Positions 17,670 to 26,465 of a stretch of DNA of 32,000 bases are shown one piece after another. Below the pieces are notes generated by a model that saw only the letters and a list, made by a program, of their open reading frames with translations, did not search any database and was not told the DNA's origin. Source of the stretch: an uncultured Chloroflexia bacterium (GTDB lineage Bacteria; Chloroflexota; Ktedonobacteria; Ktedonobacterales; JADMIN01); NCBI GenBank assembly GCA_963718915.1, contig CAVRAI010000003.1, positions 878,536 through 910,535 on the forward strand, given 5' to 3'. How positions within the stretch are numbered: the stretch's first letter is position 1; each line of letters starts with the position of its first letter. The position numbers and the translations under genes were made by a program.

Positions 17670-18428
17670 TCACTCCGGGCTGCGGAGGCGGTAGCCAATG
17701 CCCGGTTCGGTCAGCAGGTAGCGCGGGCGGCCCGGCTCCGGCTCGATCTTGCGGCGCAGCTGGCCGATGAAGACACGTAGATAATGGGCCTCGTCCTCGT
17801 AGTCTGGCCCCCAGACCGCGCGCAGCAGCGTCCGGTGGGTGACAACCTGGCCCGCATGCATCGCCAGATACTTCAGCACCTCGTACTCGGTGGGCGTCAG
17901 ATGAACCTCATGCTCATCCACCAGCACCTGACGGCGCGCGAAATCCAGCGCGAGACCGGCGGTCGTGAAGCGCGCGCCATCCCCAGCGCCGCCTGTTGCG
18001 GCGTGCGCGGCGTGGCGCAGGGCAACGCTGATGCGCGCGCGTAGCTCCCCCATGCTGAAGGGCTTGGTCAGATAGTCGTCGGCGCCTAGCTCGAGCGCGG
18101 TGATCTTATCGGCGTCGCCTGAGCGCACCGAGAGAATCAGGATGGGGACCGCCGACCAGGAGCGCAGCGCGCGCGTCACCTCGATGCCGTCCATATCGGG
18201 CAGTGAGAGGTCAAGCAGCACGACGTCTGGATGCCACTGCGCCACCATCTCCAGCCCGCGCTGGCCGTTTGGCGCCCACGCCACCGTAAACTCGCCGCTG
18301 GCCAGCCCCAGCTGCACCGCCCGGCGAATCTCTGGCTCATCGTCAATCACCAGTACCCGCGCTTTTCCGCCGCTGGTGGCCTGCTCTGTATCGGGTAGCG
18401 CATCCGCCGCCAGTTCATCGTTCGGCAT
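17670..18428 (-). CDS. kdpE: OmpR-family response regulator KdpE
   Basis: It has a receiver (VLVIDDEPEI, LLDLSLPDMDG, LTKPF) and a winged-helix output (LTPTEYEVLKYL...YLRVFIGQLRRKIE...GIGYRL). I trimmed the start to the ATG at 18426-18428 (MPNDELAAD), which overlaps the kinase stop by 14 nt. Confidence 0.9.
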   Translation of the reverse strand: MPNDELAADALPDTEQATSGGKARVLVIDDEPEIRRAVQLGLASGEFTVAWAPNGQRGLEMVAQWHPDVVLLDLSLPDMDGIEVTRALRSWSAVPILILSVRSGDADKITALELGADDYLTKPFSMGELRARISVALRHAAHAATGGAGDGARFTTAGLALDFARRQVLVDEHEVHLTPTEYEVLKYLAMHAGQVVTHRTLLRAVWGPDYEDEAHYLRVFIGQLRRKIEPEPGRPRYLLTEPGIGYRLRSPE

Positions 18429-20230
18429 GGCGCCCCTCCTCTTCCTCTGCCACGGTGGTCGTCTCTTCGGCATGGGGGACAACGTCTGGCAATGCGCCTT
18501 GTGGTATCTCCGTTGGGATCGGCAGCCGGAAGATGAAGGTTGATCCCTTGCCCGGCGTGCTCTCGGCCCAGATGCGGCCATCATGCGCGCGGATGATGTT
18601 ATCGCTGATGGCCAGGCCGAGTCCGGTGCCGGTCGGCGGTCGGTCGGACGCCCAGGGAAGATGCACATCATGCACGCGATAAAACTTATCGAAGATGGCG
18701 TGCAATTCGGCCGCGGGCACGCCGATCCCCTCGTCGCTGACGCGCACCTCCAGCTCGCGATCCGGCTCCTCGGTCAGCGCGGCGCTGACGCGCACCGGGC
18801 GATCCGCGGGCGAATACTTGAGCGCGTTCTCCAGCAAATTGGTCAGCACCTGCTCGATTTGCGTATGATCCATCGGCGCCAGTGGAATATCGTCGGCGAC
18901 ATCCACCCGCACCTCGCGCCCCTGTAACTGTCCGGCAAGCTCCAGGCGATCCAGCACGGTGGCAATGACATCGCCGATGAGATACCAGTCCTTTTCAGGC
19001 GTCGCCACCCCAGCTTCCTGGCGCGAGATGTCCAGCAGATTGCCCACCAGCCGGTTCAGCCGGTCGGCGCTTTCATCGATGGATTCGAGGAACTCACGGC
19101 GCTCGCTCTCGCTCCAATGCACATCAGCGCCGAGCAGGCTGGTGACCGCCGCTTTGATGGAGGCCAGTGGTGTGCGCAGGTCGTGCGTCACCGAGCCAAG
19201 AAACACATCCTTGAGCTGGTTGCTCTCGTCCAGCGCTTCGGCGTGTATTGCCTGCTGCTGGAGCGTTGCCCGGTCGATGGCAAGGGCCACCTGATCGCAA
19301 CACGCGGCGAAGAGCGCTGATGCGCCACCCGCTGGCGATGATGGAGAAGATGGAGAAGATGGAGGCGAAAGCAGCGCACGAATCGCGAGGTTTCCGGTGA
19401 TTGCCAGCAGACCGACGGTGCGCTGGCTGCTGGTGAGTGGGATGTAGTAGACGAGGCTCTCACCCGGTGGCGCCTCAGGCGATAGCGTGCTGGTACGGCT
19501 CAGTGTATGGGCATATCGTATCGCCGACCGTCTCGCCATGCTCCATCGCCCAGGCAGCCTCGGCGGCATAGCTCTGGCTGGTGATGCGGAGCGCCTGTTG
19601 CTCGGCGTCGGTTCCGGGGCCAGCGGCGAGCGCACGCACAACCGGGTAGATTCCCTGGCCCGGCAGCAGAATGGCCACGCCCGTAACCCCTGATGGTGAG
19701 AAGACCTTCAGCAATCGCTGTGTCAGATCGTTGAAGAGCGACCCCTGGTCCGTCGCGGAGGCGATCAACTGGGCCACGCCGTAGAGTGTCGCGGTTCGCT
19801 GCTGGCTCTGGAGCGCCTCACGCGCGCGGTCGCGTACGGCTGATGCGAGTTGTCCGGTTACCAGCGATGTGACCAGTAGCGCGATGAGCGAGAGCCACTC
19901 GGTGGGATCGTCCACGGTGAAGCGAAAGAGCGGTGGGATGAAGAAGAGGTCATAGGCGAGAAAGGCGAGCACCGAGGCCAGGATGGCCGGGCCGCGCCCA
20001 ATCCATGCCGCCAGCCAGAGCACCACCAGCAGATAGAGCAGCGAGATGTTGGCGACGTGGCCGATTCGCCCGATCAGCGCGATGGCCAGCGACGCGCCAG
20101 CCACGCCGAGCAGCGCGTAGCCGTAGCCGCTGAGGTCTTCGCGGCTCATGCGCCAGAGCGGCAGGGAGATCAGCCATGCCCGGAGCCGTTGCGCGCTGGA
20201 TTGCCAGCTGAGCGCTCTACGTCTTGCCAT
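18415..20230 (-). pseudogene. kdpD: KdpD C-terminal half (DUF4118-type 4-TM domain, GAF, HisKA, HATPase_c), split by a 1-nt frameshift near 19513-19522
   Basis: The upstream ORF has the TM block (ISLLYLLVVLW...YDLFFIPP..F). The downstream ORF has the H-box SVTHDLRTPLASI and the N/G boxes (NLLENALKYS, DEGIGV, GTGLGLAI). The span is 1816 nt, which is 3n+1. I chose the start ATG at 20228-20230. Confidence 0.85.
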
Positions 20231-20292
20231 ACCGTCCACGTCCTCTGAATCCTCTGAGCGCGGCCACTCTCCTGACGCCCGCTCTCTCTCCA

Positions 20293-20298
20293 ATTATA
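20293..20298 (-). promoter_or_regulatory. Candidate -10 hexamer TATAAT for the kdpD-C/kdpE transcript
   Basis: Perfect TATAAT on the minus strand, 63 nt upstream of the ATG at 20230. I found no convincing -35. Confidence 0.25.
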
Positions 20299-20493
20299 GG
20301 CCATCAATGTCGGCGCGTGGGCAGGCAAGGTTCGCCATCGAATGGCCCAGCGTCGCCTCACCGCGCGCCGCAATCCAGCAGAATCTCCGATGGGCCGCAA
20401 GCAAAATGTGTGATTTCCGTCATTGTCCGCATCCGTATACTAGAGATACCAATCAGGTTTGTATCGGGTTGGTCAAGAAGAGGATGGAGAATC

Positions 20494-21687
20494 ATGCGCG
20501 TTCCACGTAGACTCATGCGACCAATTCTCGCAAGTCTTTGTCTATTGGCAGTGTTGCTGCTCGCTGCCTGCGCTACCAGCGCCAACAATGGTTCGGATAC
20601 GAACCCCACTCCCAGCGGCACGCCAACGTCCGCCGCACAGAGCACGCCGACCGCTGGGAGCGACAACGGTGGCACGGGTGGCAATAGCAACCCAACGCAG
20701 GTCCCATTGAGCCAGTACAACGCCTACGCGGGCGGACAGGACAATATGTTCTACGCCTTCAACGCCGATACTGGCGCGCAACGGTGGCATTATTCGGTCG
20801 CCGGGACGCCCAACAAGCCCTGGGCGGTTACCGGCGGCGTCTTCGTCTCGACTCAGTCTGGCTACGTCTATTCATTCGCGAAGTCTGGCTCGCTGAACTG
20901 GAGCAAATCGGTTAGCGGCGGCACGCTCAGCCGACCGACGATGGATAGCGGGATGGTCTATGTCGGCACCGATCAGGGCCGCGTCTTCGCGCTCAACAGC
21001 ACCACTGGCGATATCGCCTGGAACTATACCACTGGCGGCATGATTAGCGGGACGATTCCAGTGGCGAACAACGTGGCATATGTCTCCGCCGATGGCAAGC
21101 TCTTTGCCCTGAACTCCAGTAACGGCTCGATTGTCTGGACGGCCTCGATTGGCGCGATCAGCGAGTTCACCTCACCCACCATCAGCAACAACGTCGTCTA
21201 CATCGGCAACGATGGTGGCCAGCTCTCGGCGCGCAAAACGAGCGACGGCTCGGAGCTATGGCACTTTCAGGCCGGCGGCCAGATCTTTGGGAAGCCCGCG
21301 GTGGTGAATAACATCGTCTACTTCGGCGCCTCGGATCACAACTTTTATGCGGTGAACACCGGGAATGGTTCGCTCAAGTGGAAGTTTCAGACGGGCGATA
21401 GCGTCAACGGCACGCCCAACGTCACCAATGGCATCGTCTATATTGCCTCAGGCGACCGGAATCTCTACGCGCTCGACGCCAACTCCGGCAAGGCCAAGTG
21501 GCACTTCAGCGTCGCCAACCAGAGCGTCAGCGGCGACTGGACCTCGGTAGTGAACGGGCGTGTCTACGTTGGTATGAGCGATGGACGTATCTATGCGCTC
21601 AACGCGGGCAACGGCCAGATCATCTGGAAGACGCAGACCAGCGCGGCTGTCACCTCACCCGCCGTCGGGCCAGTAGTGTTGCCATAA
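20494..21687 (+). CDS. PQQ-like beta-propeller repeat lipoprotein (BamB/PQQ-repeat family)
   Basis: The signal peptide and lipobox are LLAVLLLAAC. An S/T/P/G linker follows, then repeated ...G.VY.....G.L.AL...G...W motifs. The ATG at 20494 has GGATGGAG upstream. The track ORF starts at 20224. Confidence 0.85.
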   Translation: MRVPRRLMRPILASLCLLAVLLLAACATSANNGSDTNPTPSGTPTSAAQSTPTAGSDNGGTGGNSNPTQVPLSQYNAYAGGQDNMFYAFNADTGAQRWHYSVAGTPNKPWAVTGGVFVSTQSGYVYSFAKSGSLNWSKSVSGGTLSRPTMDSGMVYVGTDQGRVFALNSTTGDIAWNYTTGGMISGTIPVANNVAYVSADGKLFALNSSNGSIVWTASIGAISEFTSPTISNNVVYIGNDGGQLSARKTSDGSELWHFQAGGQIFGKPAVVNNIVYFGASDHNFYAVNTGNGSLKWKFQTGDSVNGTPNVTNGIVYIASGDRNLYALDANSGKAKWHFSVANQSVSGDWTSVVNGRVYVGMSDGRIYALNAGNGQIIWKTQTSAAVTSPAVGPVVLP

Positions 21688-21692
21688 TCCCC

Positions 21693-21772
21693 GACCTCAC
21701 CCCCAGCCCCTCTCCCACAGGGAGAGGGGAGTTCAATTGTGGGCGCCTATGCCCTCCCCTTGCAGGGGAGGG
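21693..21772. repeat. GC-tract hairpin element(s): CCCCTCTCCC-aca-GGGAGAGGGG and CCCTCCCCT-tgc-AGGGGAGGG
   Basis: Two perfect 9-10-bp stems sit just 3' of the PQQ gene. The first 38 bp resemble 28546-28585. No T-tract follows. Confidence 0.55.
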
Positions 21773-21905
21773 TGGCCGAAGGCCGGGAGAGGTCCGAAAC
21801 GGCGCCAGCGACAGAATATGCTACAAACTAAGGCGTGCCATTGTTTCGGCTGTGGCGCGTCTTTTTGTTGCATCGAATTCAGTGGGACAGCGAGTTATTC
21901 CCTTT

Positions 21906-22598
21906 ATGGACAACCAGATCACATTTACCCGGCGCGGCGTATGGGCTGGCGTGCGCGCCGCCGTGCCGGTCGCGTTGGGCGCGGGCGCATTTGGCGTCGT
22001 CTTCGGCGTTCTCGCGCGGCAGACGGGCCTGAGCCTGGCCGAGGCGCTGCTGATGAGCGCGATTGTCTTCGCCGGGGCGTCGCAGTTGGTGGCGCTGGGC
22101 CTCTGGGTCACGCCGCTGCCCGTCGGCGCGCTGATTCTGACGACGCTGATCGTCAACCTGCGCCATGTGCTGATGGGCGCATCGCTCCATCCCTGGCTGG
22201 CGAAGCTGCCGCGCGGACGTGTCTATACCTCGCTCTTCTTCATGGTGGATGAAAGCTGGGCGCTGACGCTCGGCTCGCTGACCGCTGGCGGGAATGACGG
22301 CGCGTTTCTGCTCGGCAGCGGCCTGACACTCTACGTCTTTTGGGGAACGGCCACCGCAATCGGCGAGTTGGCTGGCGGACTAGTTAGCGATCCGACACGG
22401 TGGGGGCTGGATTTCGCGTTCACGGCGGTCTTCCTGGCGCTGCTGGTGGGGTTGTGGCGCGGCAAGTCCGATCTGCTGCCCTGGCTGACGGCGGCGGTCG
22501 TCGCGATAGCCGCGGCGCAGTGGCTACCCGGCAAATGGTATATCCTCCTCGGCGGGCTGGCCGGGAGCCTGGTGGGAGCGTTCCGCCGTGGAGATTAA
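21906..22598 (+). CDS. azlC: AzlC-family branched-chain amino acid exporter subunit
   Basis: GAFGVVFGVLA...GLS..EALLMS..VFAGASQ is the typical AzlC pattern. I trimmed the start to the ATG at 21906. The track ORF reads through the intergenic repeats from 21498. Confidence 0.9.
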   Translation: MDNQITFTRRGVWAGVRAAVPVALGAGAFGVVFGVLARQTGLSLAEALLMSAIVFAGASQLVALGLWVTPLPVGALILTTLIVNLRHVLMGASLHPWLAKLPRGRVYTSLFFMVDESWALTLGSLTAGGNDGAFLLGSGLTLYVFWGTATAIGELAGGLVSDPTRWGLDFAFTAVFLALLVGLWRGKSDLLPWLTAAVVAIAAAQWLPGKWYILLGGLAGSLVGAFRRGD

Positions 22599-22899
22599 CC
22601 CGGTCGTGCTGCTCACCATCCTGGGGATGGGCGCCGTCACCTACGCAACCCGTATCGGCGGCTTCTGGCTGCTCGGGCGCGTTACCCCGACGAAGCGCGT
22701 CGAGGCATGGATGCGCGCGATTCCGGGCGCGGTGCTGGTCTCGCTGATTGCCCCGGCGCTGCTGGCGGCGGGCGTGGTCGGCTTCGTCGCGGCGGCAGCG
22801 ACCGTCCTGATCGCCGCGCGGACGCATCGGCTGCTCCCGGCGCTGGTGGCGGGCGTCGTCATCGTCGCGGTGGCGCGGCTGCTCTTTCACACTGGGTGA
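22588..22899 (+). CDS. azlD: AzlD-family small membrane subunit
   Basis: 103-aa hydrophobic protein (TYATRIGGFWL...). Its GTG start overlaps the azlC end by 11 nt. Confidence 0.85.
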   Translation: MEINPVVLLTILGMGAVTYATRIGGFWLLGRVTPTKRVEAWMRAIPGAVLVSLIAPALLAAGVVGFVAAAATVLIAARTHRLLPALVAGVVIVAVARLLFHTG

Positions 22900-23047
22900 T
22901 GGAGGACCGTCGATATACTGTTTCGCTCCGACTCAATATTTGATCTCGATGATGTGTTGGCTGGGCGATCCTGAGCATGGGCAAGCCAGTGCCAGCGGTC
23001 AGTAAACTGCTGTGGCGTTCCAGCGTTGCCATCGCCGAGCTGCTATC

Positions 23048-23737
23048 CTACCCATCTCGATCAGCGCGGTCTTGGGGCTTTCGCGCCGTCCCGGCAAAGA
23101 GCCTTCGGAGTATCTCCACCCGCGACTTGAAGATAGCCTTGTAGTTGGCAATGATAGCCCACATCCCCATGATATAGATAAAGTCGATAAACCATCCGAC
23201 CGTCACAAAACCTGGTGAGGAGTATTGGCTGCCGTAGTAGAACAAAGAAAGCCCGATGACTGCACACACTTGCGGGAGCCAGAAGTTGTACCGCATGGTT
23301 CCGAGCAACACAAGGAGGACGATGAGGCAGACCACAAGTGCGATTCCCCCGCCGATTGCGAAGCCCAGCAAGCCGTATTGGAGTCCGTAAACCAGCGACG
23401 CGCCACCAGCAACTATCCCCACTTGTGCTGGCCAGAAGACGCCACAGTAGAGGAAAGCGGCAAAAATTTTCCTCGAATCACGGAGACTAGATTCTGTCAG
23501 ATTGATGCTCCTAAGCACCCAGTAAAGAATGCCATAGAATATAGCAAGTACGATAGCCTGCGGGATAGCCTGCCCGAAGAGCGCCCCCGCTTGAAGCCAG
23601 TCTGGTAGCCCGCTTACACCGACGCACGTGAATCTACCGGTACAGAAGGTGTCTAAGAAGGAGAATGGGCTGCTTAAGAGATTGTTCACAGTATATCTCC
23701 TATCCAGTCTATACCGAACTACATCTGACAACTGCAC
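23048..23737 (-). CDS. Hypothetical multi-pass membrane protein
   Basis: 229-aa ORF with about 5-6 hydrophobic segments, in a more AT-rich stretch. No family recognised. Confidence 0.55.
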   Translation of the reverse strand: MQLSDVVRYRLDRRYTVNNLLSSPFSFLDTFCTGRFTCVGVSGLPDWLQAGALFGQAIPQAIVLAIFYGILYWVLRSINLTESSLRDSRKIFAAFLYCGVFWPAQVGIVAGGASLVYGLQYGLLGFAIGGGIALVVCLIVLLVLLGTMRYNFWLPQVCAVIGLSLFYYGSQYSSPGFVTVGWFIDFIYIMGMWAIIANYKAIFKSRVEILRRLFAGTARKPQDRADRDG

Positions 23738-24041
23738 CTACCCTAAGCATTATCGCACGGTTGCCTACAAGCGAGCGGCTTTTGTTCCACTAGCGATTGG
23801 AGGATTGATGATCGACAACAGTGTGATATTTGCCACTGGCGCATAGCATTGCGGTAAGCATAAGATAGCGCTGCCGAGATAATTGTAGGCTAAGATCAAA
23901 ACTAGACAGAGGAAAAGTTACGAGCCAGTAGGCCAACATCAGGCACCTATTCGACGTAGCAAACAAAGATAGAGCCGTCTGTCACAATAGTTATGGCCAG
24001 GGGGCCGGAGCAGGCTGTGAGGATGCCTTTCGCTGGTGCGC

Positions 24042-24434
24042 TTAATCGGCTGTTTCGGGCATCCAGCGCTCGGCCCAGCCGGAGATGCTGCGGATGACAT
24101 CGTTGAGGGCGCGCCCGGCGTCGGTCAATTCGTAGACGACACGGACCGGCGGCCCCGGCTGCACATCGCGCGTCACCATGCCCGCGGCCTCAAGCTCGCG
24201 CAGCCGCTCGGTCAGCAGGCGGTCGGAGAGATTGGTTACCCGCGCCAGTAGCTCGTTGAAGCGGCACGGCCCATCCAGCAGCACGTAGAGGATTGCTCCA
24301 TTCCAGCGCCGCCCGACAAACTCGATGGCGCGCTGGAACCGGGCACATGACAGGGCGGAGTGATCTGTAGCCGATGCAGTGGTCGGCATTCCCGCGCCAC
24401 CGACATTCTCCACAGCCATTTTCTGCTCTGCCAT
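24042..24434 (-). CDS. HxlR-family transcriptional regulator
   Basis: C.....AIEFVGRRWNGAILYVLLDGPCRFNEL......LSDRLLTERLRELEAAGMV.R is the HxlR signature. Confidence 0.9.
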   Translation of the reverse strand: MAEQKMAVENVGGAGMPTTASATDHSALSCARFQRAIEFVGRRWNGAILYVLLDGPCRFNELLARVTNLSDRLLTERLRELEAAGMVTRDVQPGPPVRVVYELTDAGRALNDVIRSISGWAERWMPETAD

Positions 24435-24493
24435 AGCTTCCCTCCGGGTTCACCGCGCCATCTCCCTCCAGTCTACCACACACTTACTTTCGA

Positions 24494-24560
24494 TAGCCTA
24501 CGCACTTGACATTAGGTAATAGTGCGGCTACCATGCATGTGTAGGCTACGATTCGTAGCC
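24494..24560 (+). promoter_or_regulatory. Divergent HxlR/DoxX control region: TTGACA-17-TACCAT flanked by TAGCCTAC / GTAGGCTA repeats and the palindrome GGCTACG-att-CGTAGCC
   Basis: The -35 is at 24506-24511 and the -10 at 24529-24534. Inverted 8-mers sit at 24494-24501 and 24541-24548. The palindrome is at 24544-24560. Confidence 0.35.
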
Positions 24561-24624
24561 GTTGTGTGCGATCTGGGCGCTGTTCGTCGGACGAATTGAG
24601 CTACAAGAAGCAAGGGATCGGAAC

Positions 24625-25146
24625 ATGTCTATCGCGTGGGCATTATTGATTATTCGGGTCATCGCGGGCGTGGCGTTGATTGGCCACGGAACCCAGAAGG
24701 CGTTTGGCTGGTTCGGCGGGCCGGGCTATGCCAAACTGGAGCAGGGATTCAAGGCGAAGGGATACCGGCCCGTCCAGCTCTGGACCGCGCTGGTGATTTT
24801 GGGCGAGGTTGGCGGCGGACTCTCGCTCGTCTTCGGCTTCCTGACGCCTCTGGGCGCGGCGGGCGCGGTCGGAGCGATGATTATGGCCATCAGGACACAC
24901 TGGAGCAAGGGTTTCTTCAACAGCAAAGGTGGCTTCGAGTATCCACTGGCGCTGCTGGCGATGAGCGTCGCCGTTGGGATCGCCGGAGCGGGCGCAATTT
25001 CATTCGATCAGCTTTTCGGAACCATTCTGTCGCCGCTGGTCTTCTTCATTCTGGCAGCAGCCGCGATTGTCGTCGATGTCATCGGCATCCTGATGACGCG
25101 CCCATCACCTGCCACCGCGCAGACGGGCAAGGCGCACGCCGCCTGA
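24625..25146 (+). CDS. DoxX-family membrane protein
   Basis: LLIIRVIAGVALIGHGTQKAFGWFGG.G and the four-TM layout match DoxX. I trimmed the start to the ATG at 24625. Confidence 0.9.
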   Translation: MSIAWALLIIRVIAGVALIGHGTQKAFGWFGGPGYAKLEQGFKAKGYRPVQLWTALVILGEVGGGLSLVFGFLTPLGAAGAVGAMIMAIRTHWSKGFFNSKGGFEYPLALLAMSVAVGIAGAGAISFDQLFGTILSPLVFFILAAAAIVVDVIGILMTRPSPATAQTGKAHAA

Positions 25147-25149
25147 GCG

Positions 25150-26268
25150 CTACTCTGAAGACCATTGCTCCGGCGCCATGCCCTGGTCCGCCGCCACGGT
25201 CGGCCAGTAACTCCGCGCGAAGACCTGCGCCACCAGATCGCGGCGGCTGCGCACACCAACTTTGTCGAAGATAGATTTGAGATGCTGCTGGATGGTAAGC
25301 GCTGAGATGCTGAGTTGTGTGGCGATCTCCTCGGTGGAGCGCCCCTTCAACACAAGCAGCGCCAACTCCTGCTCGCGCGCCGTCAGCGCATAGGCTTGCA
25401 GCACGAACGGCGCGATGTCGTTGGGGGTGGCCAGCTCGATGATGACCGCAATCTGGCCCGCCGCATGAGAAAGCCGGGACGCATGCAGCGCCAGCCAGCG
25501 GCCCGCGCGAGTGCGCAGGCGCACGTAAGGAATGGCGCTCGCGGCCTGCAGTGCGTCGCCCTCCAGCGCGCGCAGCTTGTCGGCAACAGCTTGTACCGCC
25601 AGCGGCAGCATAAGACGCTCTGACCAATCACACGCCTCGCTCAGCAGGGCTTCAGCGCCGGGAGTCGTGGCGACGACGGAGAGATCATCGGCGAGGATAA
25701 GCAACCCTGGCCCATCGACGGCGGGGGCGGTTTCCACGGCGTCGAGCAGCAGCGCGGCGCGTAACCCAGCGGCAAGGTGCGGCGCAAGGGCGGCCAAGAA
25801 TTGGACATCGGCGGGCGTAAAATCCTCGAAGCGCCTCTCGCGGTGCAGGCACAGCACGCCCCAGACTGCCCCGCCAGTGCGGAAGACCGCACGCAACTCA
25901 TTCCCCAGACCTTTTGGCTCCAGAATCTCCCGGTAGCGTGTACTGCGTGTTAAATCACCATGGGTGGCCGCTTTGAGCGTACTCACCGCCTGGCGACTTC
26001 TTGCCAGATTGGTGAACTTGTTGAAGTCGTCCCGGAGGAATTCGTTATTGACCAGGGCGGGAACGACCTGCGTATCAATGCCATCATGAACCGCGCCAGT
26101 AAACAACTGCGTGGAAGGATCAGTGGTCGCGCACCAGAACGCCTCGTATGGAATGATGCGCTGAAGTCTATCGAATACCGCCGCACGCAACGCCCGTGAA
26201 TCCAGCCCTGAATGACACAGGCGAATGATATCTTCCTCGGCTCGTTCGGTTGCCCAGGTGGTGTTCAT
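25150..26268 (-). CDS. LuxR-family transcriptional regulator with a large N-terminal (GAF-like?) sensor region
   Basis: The C-terminal HTH is LTAREQELALLVLKGRSTEEIATQLSISALTIQQHLKSIFDKVGVRSRRDLV. I trimmed the start to the ATG at 26266-26268, which has GGGGAGG upstream. Confidence 0.85.
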   Translation of the reverse strand: MNTTWATERAEEDIIRLCHSGLDSRALRAAVFDRLQRIIPYEAFWCATTDPSTQLFTGAVHDGIDTQVVPALVNNEFLRDDFNKFTNLARSRQAVSTLKAATHGDLTRSTRYREILEPKGLGNELRAVFRTGGAVWGVLCLHRERRFEDFTPADVQFLAALAPHLAAGLRAALLLDAVETAPAVDGPGLLILADDLSVVATTPGAEALLSEACDWSERLMLPLAVQAVADKLRALEGDALQAASAIPYVRLRTRAGRWLALHASRLSHAAGQIAVIIELATPNDIAPFVLQAYALTAREQELALLVLKGRSTEEIATQLSISALTIQQHLKSIFDKVGVRSRRDLVAQVFARSYWPTVAADQGMAPEQWSSE

Positions 26269-26352
26269 GGTATGCCTCCCCAACCCTGGCCCAGCATCCT
26301 GCCCGATGCTCCCAACACAGTGGGAGTATAGCATCGTCGGCCCCCACGAGAA

Positions 26353-26370
26353 ATACCACAAGTGTGGTAT
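26353..26370. promoter_or_regulatory. Perfect 18-bp palindrome ATACCACAAGTGTGGTAT (lux-box-like operator candidate)
   Basis: It lies in the divergent region between the LuxR gene (start 26268) and the small ORF (start 26466). Confidence 0.35.
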
Positions 26371-26465
26371 AGGCGCGTGCGTATTTTGGGCGCCATAGTG
26401 ACTCTCGGAGATTGTCTCAAAGCATATCTCGCTGAAGATGCTTCAGCGTGAGAGGGGAAGATGAT

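Noticed and set aside
19337-19366. Short tandem repeats checked as a possible CRISPR or other array
   Set aside because: It has only about 3 copies of a 9-bp unit with no spacers, entirely inside a coding region. No CRISPR-like repeat-spacer structure exists anywhere in the window.
20231-20293. Upstream extension of the kinase ORF to the TTG at 20291-20293
   Set aside because: That TTG lies inside a perfect TATAAT hexamer, and the extra 21 residues are non-homologous. The ATG at 20228-20230 is the more plausible start.
21498-21905. 136-aa N-terminal extension of the AzlC ORF (the track ORF starts at 21498)
   Set aside because: The extension overlaps the 3' end of the PQQ gene in another frame and reads straight through the intergenic hairpin repeats (PSPSPTGRGEF...). 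AzlC homology starts at MDNQITF (21906).
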